DNA of 64,000 nt, from positions 9,213 to 73,212 of the forward strand of contig JBIMKQ010000018.1 in the NCBI GenBank assembly GCA_051861185.1, read 5' to 3'. Source of the stretch: Sphingopyxis sp. (GTDB taxonomy: Bacteria > Pseudomonadota > Alphaproteobacteria > Sphingomonadales > Sphingomonadaceae). Every line of letters begins with the position of its first letter. Position 1 is the stretch's first letter. Positions 59,796-64,000 of this stretch are shown one piece after another. A model generated the notes under the pieces. The model did no database searches and was not told where the DNA came from. It saw only the letters and a list, made by a program, of their open reading frames with translations. Position numbers and translations under genes: made by a program.

Positions 59796-62180
59796 ATGAC
59801 CAACGCGAACCGACGCAGCATCCTCCGGCATAGGGCTGGACGGCCTTTGCCGCTTCTCCTCTCCATCGCGGCGCTGTCGCTCGCGGCGTGTGGCGGCGGT
59901 GGCGGCACCGCCCGCCCCTCGCCGACCCCCGCGCCGCCGCCTGCCCCCACGCCCACACCGACTCCGACTCCGACTCCGACTCCGACCCCGCCGCCGACAG
60001 GAAATTTCAACACCGCCGAAACGCGCCTGTCCGACGGGGTCAATTTCCACGGCGCGATCACCGCCTATCAGGCCGGGGCGACGGGGCAGAACATCCTTGC
60101 GGGCGTCATCGACGACGGGATCGATCAGGACAGCCCCGAATTTGCCGGCCGCATCTCGTCGGCGTCGGCCGACGTTGCGGGTTCGCGCGGCATCAATGGC
60201 GAGGGAACGCATGGCACGAACGTCGCGCAGGTGCTGCTCGGCGGAAAGAATGACGTCGGCACCTTCGGCATCGCCTTCAACGCCAATCTGCTTGTGCTGC
60301 GCGCCGACCGGCCGGGCAGCTGCGCGACCGAGGATCCGTCGAACGACGAAAGCGGTTGCCGCTTCCCCGAAAGCGCGATCGCGGCGGGGCTCGACCGCGC
60401 GGTCAGCGCGGGGGCGCGCGTCGTCAACATCTCGCTCGGCGGCGAAGACCCGCCCGGCGCGACCTTGCGCGCCGCGGTTTCGCGCGCGACCGCGGCGGGC
60501 ATCATCGTGATCGTTTCGGCGGGTAACGAGGGCGACACGACCGCAAACGGCAATGATCCGAACAATCCCGATCGTTTTGCGCAGGGGATGCGCGACGCCG
60601 GCGGCGGGCTCGTCGTCATTGCGGGGTCGGTGGACGAGAACCGGGCGATCTCGGACTTCAGCAACCGTGCCGGCGTTTATGTCGGTTCCTATCTCACCGC
60701 GCTCGGCGAAGGCGTGTGCTGCGCTTATGAAAATGGTGCGCTCAAGACCGAGGGCAATTTTGTCTTCGTCCTCAACGGCACCAGTTTCGCGGCGCCGCAG
60801 GTTGCCGGAGCCGTCGCGCTGATCGCGCAGGCTTTTCCGAACCTGTCGAGCCAGCAGATCGTCTCGCTTCTCTATCAATCGGCACGCGATGCGGGCGCCG
60901 CGGGCGACGATGCCATCTACGGCCAGGGCATCCTCGACATCGCGCGCGCGTTTCAGCCGATGGGCGCGACCGCGCTCGCCGGCACCGCGACCGCGGTCGC
61001 GCTCGACGCGCCGCTCGGCATCCTCGGCGGTCCGATGGGCGATGCCGGCGGGGCGGGAACGACGGGGCTTGTCACCGACGGCTTCGGCCGCGCGTTCAAC
61101 GTCGATTTTGGCGGATCGCTCGGCCCGCGCCGGCCGGACTTCAAATTGTCGGGCGCGCTCGGCGGGCTCGTCCGCCAGCAAAGCGCCGCCAGCCAGTCGC
61201 TCGCACTGTCGCTCGTCACCGCGCCGGGCACCGGCGGCACCGACGCGCTGGCGGGCCTCTCCTTCCACGACGCGCAGCGCGCCCGCACCCTTGCCGCTTC
61301 GGTGATGACGCGTCTCGACGCGCGCACGCGCATCGGCTTTGCCGCCGGACGCGGCACCGGCGGCCTGCTCGCGGGCGAACGCGGCGAGAGCGGCCACGCG
61401 ATGCTGATCGGCGACGGCGCGCACGAGGGCCTGGGCTTTTCCGCGAGTCCAGGAATCGGCACGCTGGTTCGTCATAATATCTTTAAGAATCAATATGTTA
61501 GCATGATATTGGAGAATGGCTGGGTGTCGGGCTCGCGCTGGCAGGACGACCCCCTGCTCCGCTATCGCTCGGACCATGACAGCCGCTACCAGCGCGTCGG
61601 CGCCGCATGGGACGCGCGCTTCGGTCCCGTCCGCGCCGCGCTCGGCGCCAGCTGGCTGCGCGAATCGGACAGCCTCCTCGGCGCCCGCCTCGGCCCCGTC
61701 TTCGCCGCCGGCGGCGCGACCAGCCTTGTCGGCGACGCCAGCTTCATCCTCGATGTGCGCGATGATTGGCAAATTGCGGCCGCCTGGCGCCAGATGTGGA
61801 CGCGCCCCGACCGCCACGGCCTGATCGCCGGCGGCGCGCTCTGGTCGACCGCCGTCTCCTTCGACGTCGCCAAGGCGAATCTGCTGCGATCCGGCGACCG
61901 CGCCGCGCTTCGCTTCGCGCAGCCGCTGCGCGTCGCGCGCGGCGGCATCGACCTGACGCTCCCCGTCGCGCACGACTATGCGACCGGCCGCACGGACTTC
62001 GGGCGCCGCACCTATAATCTTGCGCCCACCGGCCGCGAACTGGTGGTCGAGGCGAGCTACGCGCTGTCGCTGTTCGGCGGCGACCTGATCGCGAACACAT
62101 GGTGGCGGCAGGACCCCGGCCATATCGCCGCGATGCCCGACGATCGGGGCGCGGCGCTTCGCTTTACGCTGGGCTTCTGA
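59796..62180 (+). CDS. S8 (subtilisin-like) serine peptidase lipoprotein with C-terminal beta-barrel-like region
   Basis: LAAC lipobox, Pro-Thr linker, triad VIDDGID / HGTNVA / GTSFAAP, terminal LRFTLGF. Confidence 0.9.
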   Translation: MTNANRRSILRHRAGRPLPLLLSIAALSLAACGGGGGTARPSPTPAPPPAPTPTPTPTPTPTPTPPPTGNFNTAETRLSDGVNFHGAITAYQAGATGQNILAGVIDDGIDQDSPEFAGRISSASADVAGSRGINGEGTHGTNVAQVLLGGKNDVGTFGIAFNANLLVLRADRPGSCATEDPSNDESGCRFPESAIAAGLDRAVSAGARVVNISLGGEDPPGATLRAAVSRATAAGIIVIVSAGNEGDTTANGNDPNNPDRFAQGMRDAGGGLVVIAGSVDENRAISDFSNRAGVYVGSYLTALGEGVCCAYENGALKTEGNFVFVLNGTSFAAPQVAGAVALIAQAFPNLSSQQIVSLLYQSARDAGAAGDDAIYGQGILDIARAFQPMGATALAGTATAVALDAPLGILGGPMGDAGGAGTTGLVTDGFGRAFNVDFGGSLGPRRPDFKLSGALGGLVRQQSAASQSLALSLVTAPGTGGTDALAGLSFHDAQRARTLAASVMTRLDARTRIGFAAGRGTGGLLAGERGESGHAMLIGDGAHEGLGFSASPGIGTLVRHNIFKNQYVSMILENGWVSGSRWQDDPLLRYRSDHDSRYQRVGAAWDARFGPVRAALGASWLRESDSLLGARLGPVFAAGGATSLVGDASFILDVRDDWQIAAAWRQMWTRPDRHGLIAGGALWSTAVSFDVAKANLLRSGDRAALRFAQPLRVARGGIDLTLPVAHDYATGRTDFGRRTYNLAPTGRELVVEASYALSLFGGDLIANTWWRQDPGHIAAMPDDRGAALRFTLGF
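59958..59987 (+). repeat. Hexamer tandem repeat encoding the Pro-Thr linker
   Basis: (CCGACT)x4 + CCGACC. Confidence 0.9.
61488..61500 (+). promoter_or_regulatory. Intragenic IHF consensus in an AT-rich patch
   Basis: AATCAA-TATG-TTA matches WATCAANNNNTTR, with a 5' AT tract. Confidence 0.55.
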
Positions 62181-62223
62181 TCGGCTTTAACATTCCCCAA
62201 ATATCAAAACAGGGGATGCCAGA

Positions 62224-63525
62224 ATGAAGCCGATCCATTGCCTTCCGTTCATGCTGCTCAGCGCGGCGCTGGCGACGCCGCTTGCGGCGCAGGCGCCCAC
62301 GCGCACAATCATCCACGCAGGCCAATTGCTCGCCGAACCCGGCAAGCCCGCGCGCGGGGCATCGACGATCATTGTCGAGAATGGCAAGATCGTCTCGATC
62401 GCCGACGGCTACCAACCCGCCGATCCCGGCGCGACACTGATCGATCTCAAGGACAAATATGTCCTGCCCGGCCTGATCGATAGCCATGTCCATCTGACGA
62501 GCGACGCGGGCGGGATCGCCGGCCAGCTCGAAGAGATCACGCTCAGCCCGGCGGCGCAGGCCTTCAATGCCGAAGCGAACGGGATGAAGACGCTACGCGC
62601 GGGCTTCACCACCGTCCGCAACCTCGGCGACGGCGATGGTGCGACGCTGGCGCTGCGCGATGCGATTCTCGCGGGCAAGGTGCAGGGGCCGCGCATCGTC
62701 GACGCGGGGAACAGCATCTCGGGCAGTGCGGGGCATATGGACGGCTCGCTCGGCTATCGCGACGAACTCCGCCCTTTCTTTGCTGGCGCGGGCAACACCT
62801 GCAACGGGGCCGACGACTGCCGCCGCGCGGTGCGGCTGCAGATCGGGCGCGGCGCCGATGTGATCAAATTCGCCTCGACCGGCGGGGTCAACAGTCGCAT
62901 CGGCGCGGGGCTCGGCAAGCAGATGTTCGACGATGAGGCCAAGGCGATCGTCGACACCGCACATCTGTTCGGCAAAAAGGTCGCGGTTCATGCGCACGGC
63001 GCCGACGGCATCCGCTTGGCGCTCGACGCCGGCGCCGACTCGATCGAACATGGTACGATCCTCGACGAAGCGACGATCGCGGCGTGGGCGAAGTCGAAGG
63101 CCTATTATGTGCCGACGCTGTCGACGGTGAACGGCTACAAGGAACGTATCGCCGCCAACGCCAACGCCTATGAACCCGACGTACTCGCCAAGATCCAGTG
63201 GCGCATCTCGATTACCGGCAAAAGCCTCGAGCAACTCGTCCCGCGCGGCGTGCGCATCGCGTTCGGGACCGACGCCGGCGTGTCGAAGCACGGCCGCAAC
63301 GGCGACGAGTTCGAATTGATGGTCCAGCACGGCATGAAACCGGTCGAGGCGGTGAAGGCCGCGACGGTCAACGCAGCCGACCTGCTCGGCCTGTCCGATC
63401 AGATCGGCACGATCGCGCCGGGCAAGAGCGCCGACATCATCGCGGTGGCGAGCGACCCGCTCGCCGATGTGCGCGTGCTGAAGACGGTCGATTTCGTGAT
63501 GGCGCGCGGGATGGTGGTCGACTGA
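62224..63525 (+). CDS. Secreted metal-dependent amidohydrolase (Xaa-Pro dipeptidase/M38-like)
   Basis: Signal peptide; LPGLIDSHVHL, GFTTVRNLG, VAVHAHG, SIEHG, AFGTDAG, GKSADIIA. Confidence 0.92.
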   Translation: MKPIHCLPFMLLSAALATPLAAQAPTRTIIHAGQLLAEPGKPARGASTIIVENGKIVSIADGYQPADPGATLIDLKDKYVLPGLIDSHVHLTSDAGGIAGQLEEITLSPAAQAFNAEANGMKTLRAGFTTVRNLGDGDGATLALRDAILAGKVQGPRIVDAGNSISGSAGHMDGSLGYRDELRPFFAGAGNTCNGADDCRRAVRLQIGRGADVIKFASTGGVNSRIGAGLGKQMFDDEAKAIVDTAHLFGKKVAVHAHGADGIRLALDAGADSIEHGTILDEATIAAWAKSKAYYVPTLSTVNGYKERIAANANAYEPDVLAKIQWRISITGKSLEQLVPRGVRIAFGTDAGVSKHGRNGDEFELMVQHGMKPVEAVKAATVNAADLLGLSDQIGTIAPGKSADIIAVASDPLADVRVLKTVDFVMARGMVVD

Positions 63526-64000
63526 TCACAGCGCGCTGCGCAGCTGCAGCCAGCGGTCGCGCTTCGCGGCGAAACCAATCGTGTGTGCAGCGCTGCTCGA
63601 CGGGAGATCGACAACCGAGATTCCGTCCAGCGGCGGGAGCTGGCGCCGCCCGATCGCGGCAGCCTTGCCGCCGTTGAACGCGATCATGCGCAGGTGGGGC
63701 AGCCGGGCGATCAGTGCCGCGAGATCATGCGCTTCGGCCTCGCGGATCAGCGAGTCGCTGCTCGTGTGCCGTTCGGCGCTGCGGATCACGTCCCACAGAC
63801 CGATCTTTGCTTGGTGCAGAGTGGCCAGCCTGTCTTCGTAGGCGATGTTCACCAGCGGCTGTTCGACGACCTCGCCGAGCAGGCGCCAGAACTGGTTCGT
63901 CGGATGCGCATAATATTGCCGCTCGGCAAGCGAGCGCGCGCCCGGCAAACTGCCGAGAATCAGCAACCGCGTATCGGGAGCGACTTGGGGTGCAAAGCTG
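63526..64000 (-). CDS. Uracil-DNA glycosylase superfamily (Mug/hypoxanthine glycosylase-like), 5' end outside the window
   Basis: LILGSLPG, YYAHPTNQFW, GLWDVI, FNGGKA, LPSSS. Confidence 0.88.
   Translation of the reverse strand, partial: SFAPQVAPDTRLLILGSLPGARSLAERQYYAHPTNQFWRLLGEVVEQPLVNIAYEDRLATLHQAKIGLWDVIRSAERHTSSDSLIREAEAHDLAALIARLPHLRMIAFNGGKAAAIGRRQLPPLDGISVVDLPSSSAAHTIGFAAKRDRWLQLRSAL

Noticed and set aside
61466-61503. dif-like site (GGTTCGTCATAA ... ATATGTTAGCA)
   Set aside because: The XerC-like and XerD-like arms are about 14 nt apart rather than 6, and the locus is near oriC, not the terminus; an IHF site explains it better

Overview
High-GC alphaproteobacterial chromosome, most likely a sphingomonad (Sphingopyxis-like, inferred from gene content and order). 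The window spans the probable replication origin. oriC lies at about 45.59-45.93 kb between hemE and the ppsR/DUF299 gene, and has an AT-rich patch, DnaA boxes and GANTC sites. To its left are mnmE-mnmG-rsmG-parA-parB with three parS palindromes, plus rho-hemJ-hemE. To its right are maf-aroE-coaE-dnaQ. Most genes are housekeeping or metabolic. The accessory stretch at about 22-32 kb is the most interesting part, with three elements: (i) an STT3/AglB-like GT-C membrane protein, a GtrA flippase and a frameshifted UDP-galactopyranose-mutase-like flavoprotein; (ii) a patatin followed by a low-GC orphan CdiI-like gene flanked by two related palindromic sites, resembling a one-gene cassette; (iii) a three-gene DUF4402 pilin / PapD-like chaperone / usher-like operon with CtrA-like and IHF sites upstream. 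Other observations are a three-copy MITE-like repeat, a ROSE thermometer, a probable CTG start for mnmE, a structured leader upstream of a cell wall hydrolase, and an IHF consensus inside an S8 protease gene. No rRNA, tRNA, CRISPR array, transposase or integrase was seen. All family assignments come from motif recognition by eye, not database searches. Start codons were adjusted by hand where the ORF track over-extends.
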